Position numbers and translations under genes: made by a program. Below, piece after piece: positions 27,326-35,556 of a stretch of 41,441 bases of DNA (position 1 is its first letter; every line of letters begins with the position of its first letter). The notes under the pieces were generated by a model. That model did not search any database and was not told the origin of the DNA. It saw only the letters and a program-made list of their open reading frames with translations. Origin of the DNA: a virus; IMG/VR virus record IMGVR_UViG_3300019487_000013, positions 1 through 41,441 of that record. One strand, written 5' to 3'.

Positions 27326-28053
27326 CCGACTTCTGCGAGCGGCGCCGCATGCCTGGCCCGGAGGCCTTCGCCCACGGGACCCGCGCGCGCTACGTCACTG
27401 GGTGCCGCTGTGCCGACTGCCGGGCATCGAATGTTCGCCGCTATCACGAGCGCCAGGAGCTGGGGAAGGCGGCCGCGCGAGCCCTCCCGCCCGCGCCGGC
27501 GATGCCGCTCAAGCGGGTCTGGATCGGAAGCGACGGGAAGGCCCGGGCCCGAGTCTTCAAGCGCGCCTGTCCTGGCGCCCATCGCCGCGGCTGCCCCGAT
27601 CGTTCGTACCTGCGCAAGGACAGCAAGGGCGGCGTCTGCAGGGGCTGCCGCGCGCGCCTCATCTGGAACGGTTGCGTCGACACCGCCCCCGTCCGTGCCC
27701 ACCTCCGCCGGCTCTCCCGCCAGGGCGTCGGGCGACGGGCCGTCGCGGACGCGGCCGACGTCGGGGAGACCACCGTCTGGTTCATCTACACGGGCCGGAA
27801 GAAGCAGTGCCGGAAGACCACGGCCGACCGCATCCTCGCCGTCTCGCGTGACCACATCTCCGACCATGCCCTGGTCCCCGCGGGGGCGGCCTGGCGCCGG
27901 CTGAATCTCCTGCTCGAGGAAGGATTCAGCAAGGCGGAGCTCGCGCGCCGAATGGGCAAGCGGTCCCTCCAGCTCAAGAAGACCAGGATCACCGCCCTCA
28001 ATGCCTCGAAGGTCGAGCGGCTCTATCGCCGCGTCATGGAGGTCCCCGCGTGA
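27322..28053 (+). CDS. Putative DNA-binding protein (Cys-rich N-terminus plus HTH-like C-terminus)
   Basis: The HGTRARYVTGCRCADCRASNVRRY motif is common in high-GC phage and plasmid DNA-binding proteins. A second Cys cluster is ACPGAHRRGCP...GVCRGCR. Confidence 0.5.
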   Translation: MTDFCERRRMPGPEAFAHGTRARYVTGCRCADCRASNVRRYHERQELGKAAARALPPAPAMPLKRVWIGSDGKARARVFKRACPGAHRRGCPDRSYLRKDSKGGVCRGCRARLIWNGCVDTAPVRAHLRRLSRQGVGRRAVADAADVGETTVWFIYTGRKKQCRKTTADRILAVSRDHISDHALVPAGAAWRRLNLLLEEGFSKAELARRMGKRSLQLKKTRITALNASKVERLYRRVMEVPA

Positions 28054-29483
28054 GCGCACAGCCGAAACCCATCGTCACGGTCACGGTCCAGCCGCCGGCC
28101 GCCGCCTTCGAGTGGATCCCGATCGGCCAGGTCCGGGAGCACCCGGCCAACCCCCGCAAGAACTTCGACAAGGAGCAGCTCGCCGACCTGATCAAGAGCG
28201 TCAAGGAGGCGGGGGTCCTGAACCCGCTCCTCGTGCGGCCGCTGCCGGTGAGCAACTTCCAGATCCTGGCGGGTCATCGGCGGTTCCGCGCCGCCAAGGC
28301 CGCCGGCCTCGAGAGCGTCCCGGCGATCGTGCGCGAGCTCGACGACGACGCGGCCATGGAGGTCATGCTCATCGACAACCTCCAGCGGTCCAACCTCCAC
28401 CCCCTCGAGGAGGCCGAAGGCTACACCCAGCTCCTGGCCGCCAAGTACGGCGCGGCCAGGATCGCGGAGCGAATGGGCCGCTCGGTCAAGTACGTCTACG
28501 ACCGGGTGAAGCTCCTGAGCCTCACGAAGGAGCTGCAGAAGCTCTTCCTCGCCGGCGAGTTCACCGCCGGCCACGCCGTGATCCTCGCGCGGCTCAAGTC
28601 GGCCGACCAGAAGCGCGCCCTCGAGGACGAGCGCGAGTACCGGCTTTTCACCCCCGAGGAGGAGGACGAGCTGCCCGCCGACCACGAGTCCCGCAAGGCG
28701 CGCAGCGTGCGCGAGCTGCAGGCCTGGGTGGACAAGCATACGAAGGTCGAGGTCAAGGACCTCAACCCCATGCTCTTCCCCGAGACGCTCCAGACGATCG
28801 CGGCGGCGACTGCTCACGAGGAGAAGGTCGTTCGCATCACCCACGACGACATCACCCCGGAGGAGGCGAGGGACGGCCAGAAGATCATCCTCGGCCGGTC
28901 GTGGAAGCGGGCGGACGGAGAGAAGGGCTCGAAGCAGTGCGACCGCTCCGTGATCGGCATGGTCGTGATTGGGGCCGGCCGCGGCCAGGCGCTCCGGGTC
29001 TGCATCGACAAGAAGCGGTGCACCGTCCACTGGGGCGACCTCATCAAGGCGGCGAAGAAGCGTGAGAAAGCCGTCACGAAGGAGGCCGCGACCACCGGGC
29101 AGAACCGCGAGGACCTCGCGCGGCGGAAGGAGAAGGAGGAGCACGCACGCGAGGAGGCTACCCGGGCCCGTTGGATGAAGGCCGCGCCCGCGATCTGCGC
29201 GGCCATCGCCGGCGCCATCCGCGATTCCAACGCCACGGCAAAGGGCCCGCTCGCCGAGCTGCTCAACGTCGAGACCAAGAGCCCCCATCCCATGGTCCCT
29301 CCCGGCAAGACGGCCGAGGACCTCGTCCGCCACCTGGCCTACGAGGCCTTCATGGACCACCACCTCGACGTCGTGTGGGGCTTCCATGCCTACGACCGCA
29401 AGAGCCTGCAGGCCGGCGCGAAGGAGCACTTCGGGATCGACGTCCAGAAGATCGTCGACCAGGCGGCGCCCCACGAGCCCTGA
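28050..29483 (+). CDS. ParB-like nuclease-domain protein
   Basis: IPIGQVREHPANPRK, VLNPLLVRP, ILAGHRRFRAAKAAGLESVPAIV and IDNLQRSNLHPLEEAEGY are ParB/Spo0J N-terminal domain signatures. The C-terminal extension is long and charged. Confidence 0.85.
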   Translation: MSAQPKPIVTVTVQPPAAAFEWIPIGQVREHPANPRKNFDKEQLADLIKSVKEAGVLNPLLVRPLPVSNFQILAGHRRFRAAKAAGLESVPAIVRELDDDAAMEVMLIDNLQRSNLHPLEEAEGYTQLLAAKYGAARIAERMGRSVKYVYDRVKLLSLTKELQKLFLAGEFTAGHAVILARLKSADQKRALEDEREYRLFTPEEEDELPADHESRKARSVRELQAWVDKHTKVEVKDLNPMLFPETLQTIAAATAHEEKVVRITHDDITPEEARDGQKIILGRSWKRADGEKGSKQCDRSVIGMVVIGAGRGQALRVCIDKKRCTVHWGDLIKAAKKREKAVTKEAATTGQNREDLARRKEKEEHAREEATRARWMKAAPAICAAIAGAIRDSNATAKGPLAELLNVETKSPHPMVPPGKTAEDLVRHLAYEAFMDHHLDVVWGFHAYDRKSLQAGAKEHFGIDVQKIVDQAAPHEP

Positions 29484-29488
29484 CCCAG

Positions 29489-29716
29489 GTGGCGCGCTTC
29501 TCCCGGAAGGGCAACGTCCTCACCGTCTGGGTCGGGCGCCTGGACGTCGCGCGCGTGTCCGGCCTTGGCACGACCTACCCACAGCTCCAGGTCCGCAAGC
29601 GTAGCGGCTTCTTCGGGCCCGGGATCGACATCGAAGAGCGGTTCGCCGAGGAGCATCTGCAGGAATACGCCGAGCTCGTCGAGTGGGCCTTGAAGCAGCG
29701 AGCGCCGGGGGTCTGA
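29489..29716 (+). CDS. Hypothetical protein
   Basis: 75 aa with a GTG start 6 nt after the parB-like stop. Confidence 0.35.
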   Translation: MARFSRKGNVLTVWVGRLDVARVSGLGTTYPQLQVRKRSGFFGPGIDIEERFAEEHLQEYAELVEWALKQRAPGV

Positions 29717-30022
29717 ATGCCGAGCGCGTCCTACCGCCCGCTCCAGCCCAGCATCACGACGTGCCGGAGCTGCCACGCCCACGTCTTTTGGGTGGCGTCC
29801 GTGAACACAGGGCAGCCCTTCCTGTGCGACGCGGCGCCGGTACCGAAGGGAAACGTCGTCCTGATCGACCACCAGACCGCGAAGGTCCTGGGGCCAGCCG
29901 AGGCTGAGGCTGCGGCCGCGCGCGAGCGGACCTACCAGATTCATTTCGTAACTTGCAAGGATGCCGTTGGCTGGCGGCGCAAGCGCGGCATCCCTGAACC
30001 TCTCCAAGGGGCCCGCGGATGA
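29717..30022 (+). CDS. Hypothetical protein, zinc-ribbon-like
   Basis: 101 aa. CRSCHAHVFW ... HFVTC suggests a CxxC...HxxxC metal site. Confidence 0.45.
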   Translation: MPSASYRPLQPSITTCRSCHAHVFWVASVNTGQPFLCDAAPVPKGNVVLIDHQTAKVLGPAEAEAAAARERTYQIHFVTCKDAVGWRRKRGIPEPLQGARG

Positions 30023-30178
30023 CATTCGTCCGACGTCGGCGACCGCATCCGACCGCTCTCCGAGCGGTTCTGGGCGAGGGTCGACAAGAAGCCGGGCCAG
30101 GGACCAAAGGGCGACTGTTGGAGCTGGACAGGCTACATCGGCAAGAACGGCTACGGCAGCCGGATCCCACTTGGGCAT
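30019..30178 (+). pseudogene. HNH/NUMOD-type homing endonuclease N-terminal relic
   Basis: The frame containing [32 protein letters not shown] (30062-30157) has no start codon. The only ATG (30019) is in another frame. No HNH catalytic core follows. Confidence 0.45.
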
Positions 30179-30240
30179 ATGGAAGACGGGGCGGAGCGGC
30201 TTCGACTTCGACGAGAAGCCGCGCGCCTGAAGGAGGAAAC

Positions 30241-30937
30241 ATGGACGACGGCGTACAGCAGATCATCGAGAACGCGGCGAAACCCCTCGCACTCTACACA
30301 CTCACCGGGCTCGTGGACTACATCAAGGCGAACAAGGACAGGCTGGCCCTCGAGGAATGCGTCGCGCAGGTCGTCTCCCCTGAGGCCGTGCGGCTCTGCG
30401 GGCGCCTGCTGGGCGCGCCCTTCTGGCAACGGCACACCTACGCCGGCGCGACCTTCGAGCCACTCCTCGGCAAGAGCTTCAACTTCGGGGCCTACTAACG
30501 ACCGCGAGACGTTCAACGTGGCCCTCCAGACCCTCTTCGTCGAGACGCCCGAGCGCGCCCAGGTCCTCGCGATCGTCGGGAACCTGAAGGAGGAGCAGGT
30601 CCGCCAGTCCGACGACGACGGCATCACGCAAACAGTCACGGGGCGCGCGGGGATCGTCCTCGGGAAGGACGTGAAGATCCCGAACCCTGTGAGCCTCCGC
30701 CCCTACCGAACCTTCCGCGAGGTCGAGCAGCCCGAGTCCAAGTTCGTCCTGCGCCTCACCCAGGGGAAGGAGGGGGAGCTGCCGTGCGCCCTCTTCGAGG
30801 CCGACGGTGGAGCTTGGAAGCTCGAGGCCATGCTCAAGATCCGGACGTACCTCGCGGGCGCGCTCTCCGCCGCCGAGAAGACCGGCCTCACCGGATCGCG
30901 TTCTTCCTCGCGAACCGGCGTCTCGATCCTGGCCTGA
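30241..30937 (+). pseudogene. Hypothetical early protein interrupted by a +1 frame break (30241..30498 plus 30499..30937)
   Basis: AAGGAGGA lies upstream of the ATG at 30241. Frame 1 stops at 30496-30498. Coding-looking sequence ([14 protein letters not shown]...[20 protein letters not shown]...) continues in the +1 frame. Shortening the GGGG at 30487-30490 by one base fuses the two parts. Confidence 0.5.
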
Positions 30938-30940
30938 CCC

Positions 30941-31864
30941 ATGAAGCGCGGGACCCCCGATCATCCGAAGACTCACCGGTTAGCCCGGGCCCTTGGTGTC
31001 CCGCGGGCCCAGGCCGCCGGCCACCTTGAGTTCCTCTGGCACTGGACGGCGAAGTTTGCGCCGCGGGGGGACGTGGGACGTTTCCAGGATCAGGACATCG
31101 AGCAGGGGGCCGGGTGGGAGGGCCCTCCAGGCGCCCTGGTGCGCGCCTTCGAGGCGGAGGGCTGGCTCTGCCCACATCCGGAGCCGGAGGTCCGCCTGGT
31201 GGTCCACGACTGGCACGAGCACGCCGAGGACGCGGTCAAGAAGGCCCTGCAGCGCCGCGGAGAGACCTTCATCATCTGTCCGGCCAACGTCCGCCGTTGT
31301 CCGCCGTTGTCTGGACATTCCCCGACTTCGGCGGACAACGGCAGCCTGCCTAAGCCGTTGCCGTTGCCAGAGCCAGAGCCTCAGCCCGCCGCCGCCACGG
31401 TCTCTCTCCCGGTCCAGTCACAGCCCGAGGGGGGGTGTGGGGGGGAGGCTGTCGCGCCGCTCCGGGGCCGGGCCGTGCAGAGCCTGGGCGCCGGCGCCCT
31501 CGAGCTCGCCCGAATGCGCCTGGCCGCGGCCGCGCGCCGCCTGGCCGCGCTCCCGTTCGGGGGTGGGGACGTGGGGGCCCTGCTCGGCCAGGCCTCGCGG
31601 ACCAAGGACGGCGCCGCCTTCACGGACCCCGATCGCTGCTCGAGCGTGGCCTGGCTCCAGGTGACCGAGGACCGCCTCGACGCGATCGAGGCCGACAACC
31701 GCCGCCGGGCCGCCCAGCACGGCATCCCCTGGGAGCCGGTCTTGACGGCGGAGGGTCGCATGGGCCGCGGGCCGCCGTCGACTGCAGACGTCTGCAGCGG
31801 GGTGGAACAGTGTGCAACGACGCGAGACACGGAGGGGAACGAATGCGAAAGCAGCAAGAGCTGA
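30941..31864 (+). CDS. Putative replication-associated DNA-binding protein
   Basis: 307 aa. N-terminal HPKTHRLARALGV...AAGHLEFLWHWTAKFAPRGDV...VHDWHEH looks like a winged-helix domain. The central linker carries iteron-like DNA repeats. The function is inferred only. Confidence 0.4.
   Translation: MKRGTPDHPKTHRLARALGVPRAQAAGHLEFLWHWTAKFAPRGDVGRFQDQDIEQGAGWEGPPGALVRAFEAEGWLCPHPEPEVRLVVHDWHEHAEDAVKKALQRRGETFIICPANVRRCPPLSGHSPTSADNGSLPKPLPLPEPEPQPAAATVSLPVQSQPEGGCGGEAVAPLRGRAVQSLGAGALELARMRLAAAARRLAALPFGGGDVGALLGQASRTKDGAAFTDPDRCSSVAWLQVTEDRLDAIEADNRRRAAQHGIPWEPVLTAEGRMGRGPPSTADVCSGVEQCATTRDTEGNECESSKS
31289..31368. repeat. Iteron-like cluster: CCGCCGTTGT x2, inverted copy, GCCGTT x2, AGAGCC x2
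   Basis: 31291-31300 equals 31301-31310. 31330-31342 is the reverse complement of 31293-31305. GCCGTTGCCGTTGCC lies at 31354-31368. Confidence 0.8.
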
Positions 31865-32109
31865 CAGACCCAACGAGCTGCCTCAACAGGGCGCAGTCGG
31901 ACGAACCGCTGTTCGTGCTTCGAGCCAAAGACCCGCTGGCGAGCATGGCGGTTCGCCACTGGATCACGATGGCCTTGGGCGTCCACGAGGACGAGAAGCG
32001 GAAAGAGGCCCATGGCATCGCGGCGTCCATGGACGAGTGGCGGCTCAAGTGGCGGCTCGGGCACGTTCCCGACGCCCCCGCCGAGGACGTCGACGAGGCC
32101 GCCTCGTGA
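31843..32109 (+). CDS. Hypothetical protein
   Basis: 88 aa. GGAGGGGA lies upstream of the ATG. It contains the motif SDEPLFVLRAKDPLA. Confidence 0.5.
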   Translation: MRKQQELTDPTSCLNRAQSDEPLFVLRAKDPLASMAVRHWITMALGVHEDEKRKEAHGIAASMDEWRLKWRLGHVPDAPAEDVDEAAS

Positions 32110-32471
32110 GCGACGTGAGCGAAGCCTTCGACAGCTGGGCCGTGCTCGAGCTGATGGGACACCGCCGCCTGGGCGGCCGCGTGCGGGAGGTGACGCTCGC
32201 CGGCGGGGCCTTCCTGCGGATCGACGTGCCGGCCGCCGGCGAGGTCCCGGGCTTCACCCAGTTCTACCCGCCCGGCTCGGTCTACTGCCTGACCCCAACG
32301 ACCGAGGAGATCGCGACCGCGATCGCTGCCCGGGCCCGGCACGAGCCCGTGTCGCGCTACGAACTGCCGAAGCTCCCCGCGGCCGCGGGGCCGATCGACG
32401 TCCACGCCGGGCCCCCCGATCGCGATCCGTACCCCGGCGAGCCTGACTTCGACGAGGACGACGTCGGGTGA
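32106..32471 (+). CDS. Hypothetical protein
   Basis: 121 aa with GTGA overlap. It reads WAVLELMGHRRLGGRVREVTLAGGAFLRIDVP. Confidence 0.5.
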   Translation: MSDVSEAFDSWAVLELMGHRRLGGRVREVTLAGGAFLRIDVPAAGEVPGFTQFYPPGSVYCLTPTTEEIATAIAARARHEPVSRYELPKLPAAAGPIDVHAGPPDRDPYPGEPDFDEDDVG

Positions 32472-32845
32472 GCATCGCGGACCATCCCCGTCGCGCGGCC
32501 CGGGCCCGACGTCCCACCAGGCGGGCGATCGGCTGGGAACGGATCCTCGCGCGCCTGATCCTCGAGGCCGGCCTGCCGGCGCCCGTGATCGAGCACCCGT
32601 TCTCGAAGGAGCTCGGCCGGAAGCACCGTTTCGACCTGGCGTGGAAGGACCGCATGCTCGCCCTCGAGATCGAGGGCGGGATTTGGACCCGGGGAGGCGG
32701 CCGCCACAACCGCGGATCCGGCTACCTCCGCGACATCGAGAAATACAACCTCGCCGCTCAGCTCGGATGGAAAGTGCTGCGCTGCACGCCGCAGGACATC
32801 AATACCGGCAAGGCACTGGTGCTCGTGCGGGAGAACCTAAAGTGA
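32468..32845 (+). CDS. PD-(D/E)XK-type endonuclease (Vsr/DUF559-like)
   Basis: RFDLAWKDRMLALEIEGGIW...H....GYLRDIEKYNLAAQLGWKVLRCT matches the restriction-endonuclease-like fold pattern (D...ExE...K). Confidence 0.55.
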   Translation: MSIADHPRRAARARRPTRRAIGWERILARLILEAGLPAPVIEHPFSKELGRKHRFDLAWKDRMLALEIEGGIWTRGGGRHNRGSGYLRDIEKYNLAAQLGWKVLRCTPQDINTGKALVLVRENLK

Positions 32846-33114
32846 AGCTCGGGGGGGATGGCGCGCCAGGTCGCCGCCCGGGCCCGCATCCTGGAGGCCA
32901 GGCGTTGAGGTGCTGGAGCTGCAGGTGGTGGCGGGCAGAGCCGAGCGGCAACCTGGGGGAGTGCACGCTCTTCCAGCGCCGGCCCGAGGGTGCCACGCAC
33001 CCAGACGCGCGGCTCATCGTGCGCCTGACGGGAGATCGCCCCGGCCGTGCGACGGTCACCACCTACCGTGACTTCGGATGCGTCCAGCACAGCCCGGGCC
33101 CGCGGCAGGAATGA
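32842..33114 (+). CDS. Hypothetical Cys-containing protein
   Basis: 90 aa with GTGA overlap. It contains CWSCRWW...GECTLF...GCVQH. Confidence 0.4.
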   Translation: MKLGGDGAPGRRPGPHPGGQALRCWSCRWWRAEPSGNLGECTLFQRRPEGATHPDARLIVRLTGDRPGRATVTTYRDFGCVQHSPGPRQE

Positions 33115-33323
33115 GCTCGCGAGCCGCTGCAGCCGTGGGGCGCCTCACGGCCGCGGGGCTCCCGATCGCCTATCTGGAGGCCCTCGCGGATAGGCTCGAG
33201 GGCGGTCAGACCTCGAAGTCCTCCGACGCGATCAAGACCGTCATCCACCGTAGCCGCGGCCGCATCGTCGACGTCCGCCTCGGCCGCGGCGAGGAGCGCA
33301 TCCCCTTGACGGAGTCCCCGTAG
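33111..33323 (+). CDS. Hypothetical protein
   Basis: 70 aa with ATGA overlap. Confidence 0.35.
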   Translation: MSSRAAAAVGRLTAAGLPIAYLEALADRLEGGQTSKSSDAIKTVIHRSRGRIVDVRLGRGEERIPLTESP

Positions 33324-33436
33324 AGGCCCCACACTCCCTTGACGCGCCCCGCCCTGGGCGGCCTGAGTCTACAGGCTGAGGCGGCGAACGCGCTGGGCTG
33401 TCCGACCCCAACGGCCCCCAGCATCTCGATTCCGAG

Positions 33437-34045
33437 GTGCTGGTGTCGACTCTCCGGACCAGCGAACCGCGCTTTCGGCGCCTGATCGACGCCATCGCCG
33501 AGTATGTCGCCCTTCCGTCCTGGGAGATCCACGGCGAACGGTTCGTGGCCGGCGAGGTCCTCGAAGCCCTCATCCTGCAGGAGAGCGGGGGCCTACCCGC
33601 AGCTCGTCGGTATGAGCCCCACCATGACGCGCCTGGCCGCCGGGACTCCGCGGAGGATGCGGACACCCCCAACCTCGACGACGGGCTGCTCGAGGACGAC
33701 GCGTCCTATGGGCTCATGCAGGTCCTTGGGTCCAATGTACGGCGCTTGGTGGGAGCCCATGCACGGCCCTGCGAGGCTTGCGGCCTGCGTGAACCAGGGG
33801 GCCTGAACTTCGGCTTTCTGCTCCGGCCGCTCACTGGCATGGCCTTCGGGCTCCGCGTGCTCCTCGAGGAGTTGGATCTGACCGATGGATCCTGGTCGCG
33901 CTCGCTGGCCCGCTACAACGGCGGCCCGAGCGGTGAATCGGTCCAGCCAGACGGCAAGATGCGGCGCCAGATCTACGTGGACGAGGTCGAGCGCAAGTGC
34001 GTCATCGTCCGCGAGGACCGCAAAGACGCCGGGTGGATCCGGTGA
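33437..34045 (+). CDS. Endolysin, lytic transglycosylase (SLT domain)
   Basis: LILQESGG (catalytic Glu context), SYGLMQVLGSN and SLARYNGGP are SLT/goose-lysozyme-like signatures. It is the first gene after a 113-bp intergenic gap. Confidence 0.8.
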   Translation: MLVSTLRTSEPRFRRLIDAIAEYVALPSWEIHGERFVAGEVLEALILQESGGLPAARRYEPHHDAPGRRDSAEDADTPNLDDGLLEDDASYGLMQVLGSNVRRLVGAHARPCEACGLREPGGLNFGFLLRPLTGMAFGLRVLLEELDLTDGSWSRSLARYNGGPSGESVQPDGKMRRQIYVDEVERKCVIVREDRKDAGWIR

Positions 34046-34476
34046 ACCTCGACGCGATCTTGGGCTCGGCCAGTCTGCTCTGGGCCGTGGTGACGGCCAT
34101 CGGTGGTGCCGTTGCGGGAGGCGTGAGCGCCTGGTTCGGGATGCGGCTGAAGCTCGCCGAGCTCGAGGCGAAGCAAGAGGCCCGGGGCCGCGAGCTCGAC
34201 GGCAAGGCGATCGAGGCCCTCCGCCAAGCCGGCGCAATCGGCCGGGCCCTCGACGCCGAGAAGGACAAGCGGGAGAAGGTCGAGAAAGACCTCCTCGTCA
34301 CCCAGAACGACCTGAAGCACGCCCAGGGCGAGATCGTGATCCTCCGTAAGGTCCGCCATGACGTGGTGGACACCCTCAACGGGGTGGTCCAGTTCCTGGC
34401 GAACGCGAAGGAGGGGCGAGACGAGGCGGAGAAGCTCCGCGCCCGCATCCGTGAGCTCGAGAGCGTGGGGCAATAG
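34042..34476 (+). CDS. N-terminal TM plus coiled-coil protein (i-spanin-like)
   Basis: 144 aa with GTGA overlap to the endolysin. TM segment SLLWAVVTAIGGAVAGGVSAWFG is followed by a long charged coiled coil. Confidence 0.5.
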   Translation: MNLDAILGSASLLWAVVTAIGGAVAGGVSAWFGMRLKLAELEAKQEARGRELDGKAIEALRQAGAIGRALDAEKDKREKVEKDLLVTQNDLKHAQGEIVILRKVRHDVVDTLNGVVQFLANAKEGRDEAEKLRARIRELESVGQ

Positions 34477-34496
34477 GGGGGGGGGACCAATCCCAG

Positions 34497-34823
34497 GTGG
34501 AAGAGATTCAGAAGCTCCGCGAGGACGTGGAAGGGCTGAAGGGGACCGTCTCCGCGCATGGGGACGACCTCCAGAGCCTCCGCGACCGAGTCGCCACCCT
34601 TGACGAGAACTTCGAGCTCGAGCGGCTCAACTGGAAGAACGAGATGCACAAGCTAAGGGAGCAAATGCATCTCGAGGTTGCGCGCCTCGATACGGCAACC
34701 AAGCAGTTCGGGCGGAACGTGGCCGGCCTGGAGCGTACCGCCAGAGCCCTCGAGGCCACGGTCGGGCGATTCGAGGCCGAGCGGAAGGCCATCGAGGAAA
34801 TGAGAAGGGGTAAGAGGCCATGA
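34497..34823 (+). CDS. Coiled-coil protein, hypothetical
   Basis: 108 aa with a GTG start, heptad-like throughout and no TM. Confidence 0.45.
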   Translation: MEEIQKLREDVEGLKGTVSAHGDDLQSLRDRVATLDENFELERLNWKNEMHKLREQMHLEVARLDTATKQFGRNVAGLERTARALEATVGRFEAERKAIEEMRRGKRP

Positions 34824-35308
34824 GGATCGCTCGCCTTGGGATCGCCGTCCTGGGTTTCGTTTCGCTCATCGCCTGTATCGAGTACTCGGCCTGCGCGCAG
34901 GTCACGATCCCGACGCCAACCCCCACGCCCACGCCCAGCCCGAGCGCATCGCCCACGCCGGTAGCTACGTCGGGCTGCAATCTGGTCTACGCGGTCAGGA
35001 TCGCGCAGGGCGGCGCATCTTGCGCGCTCGGCTCCGGCAACCGCATCACGGTCGGGTGTGTCCTGGATGTCACGGCGACACCGCTGGGTGTTGACCTTGA
35101 GCCGGTACCGATCAGCGTCCACGGGCCGGACGTGGCCTGGATCGAGGAGGGCCGGCTCACGGGGGGAGCCGCCGGCCAGGTCGTCAGCGTGGACAACCGC
35201 GGCGAGAACCCCTTCAACCGCGCGATCCGAGGCTATGCGCCGGGGGAGTGGGTCGTGCGGGCGCGCAACTGTGGCCGTGAGGGTGAGCTCAGGGGCGCCG
35301 TCTCATGA
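34820..35308 (+). CDS. Lipoprotein with Pro/Thr-rich linker
   Basis: The ATGA overlap, signal sequence plus lipobox (LGFVSLIAC) and linker IPTPTPTPTPSPSASPTPVA are followed by a roughly 100-aa beta-type domain. Confidence 0.6.
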   Translation: MRIARLGIAVLGFVSLIACIEYSACAQVTIPTPTPTPTPSPSASPTPVATSGCNLVYAVRIAQGGASCALGSGNRITVGCVLDVTATPLGVDLEPVPISVHGPDVAWIEEGRLTGGAAGQVVSVDNRGENPFNRAIRGYAPGEWVVRARNCGREGELRGAVS

Positions 35309-35556
35309 CCTGCCCACACTGCCAGCGCCGAATCGACGAGGTGTCGCTCATGGCCCTCGGCCTGGCCGCGAAGACGCCGGCCGGCACCCTGGGGCCAGGC
35401 GCGGTCGCAGTCCCGGGTAACGCAACCATCACCGATGCGGTCCAGTATGCCCTGATCAACGGGATCACATTCGCGTCAGCTCTCAAGGTGGTGGGGGAGT
35501 TCTTGGCAGGGCTCTGGGCCGCGTGGAAGCGGCCGGCCCTGGGGGCGCCACGGTGA
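35305..35556 (+). CDS. Small protein with N-terminal CxxC and C-terminal hydrophobic helix
   Basis: 83 aa with ATGA overlap. It contains MTCPHCQRRI and ITFASALKVVGEFLAGLWAAW. Confidence 0.4.
   Translation: MTCPHCQRRIDEVSLMALGLAAKTPAGTLGPGAVAVPGNATITDAVQYALINGITFASALKVVGEFLAGLWAAWKRPALGAPR

Noticed and set aside
28050-29483. A plasmid-type partition system (phage-plasmid lifestyle).
   Set aside because: There is no ParA-like ATPase and no identifiable parS. The integrase and a tRNA-derived attP point to an integrating lifestyle.
30487-30500. A prfB-like programmed +1 frameshift at UAC UAA C.
   Set aside because: A P-site tRNA-Tyr cannot re-pair in the +1 frame (ACU). A single-base change in the adjacent GGGG run explains the break more simply.
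33324-33436. A late or lysis promoter in the gap before the endolysin (TTGACG around 33337).
   Set aside because: No acceptable -10 element lies at 16-18 nt spacing, and the small GC hairpin nearby lacks a T tract.
22492-35347. Additional isolated GTGTCGC/GCGACAC heptamers (for example 22492, 35075, 35341) as distal operators.
   Set aside because: A rough expectation for this heptamer plus its complement in 41 kb at about two-thirds GC is of the order of nine occurrences. Only the cluster at 24748-24839 is clearly non-random.
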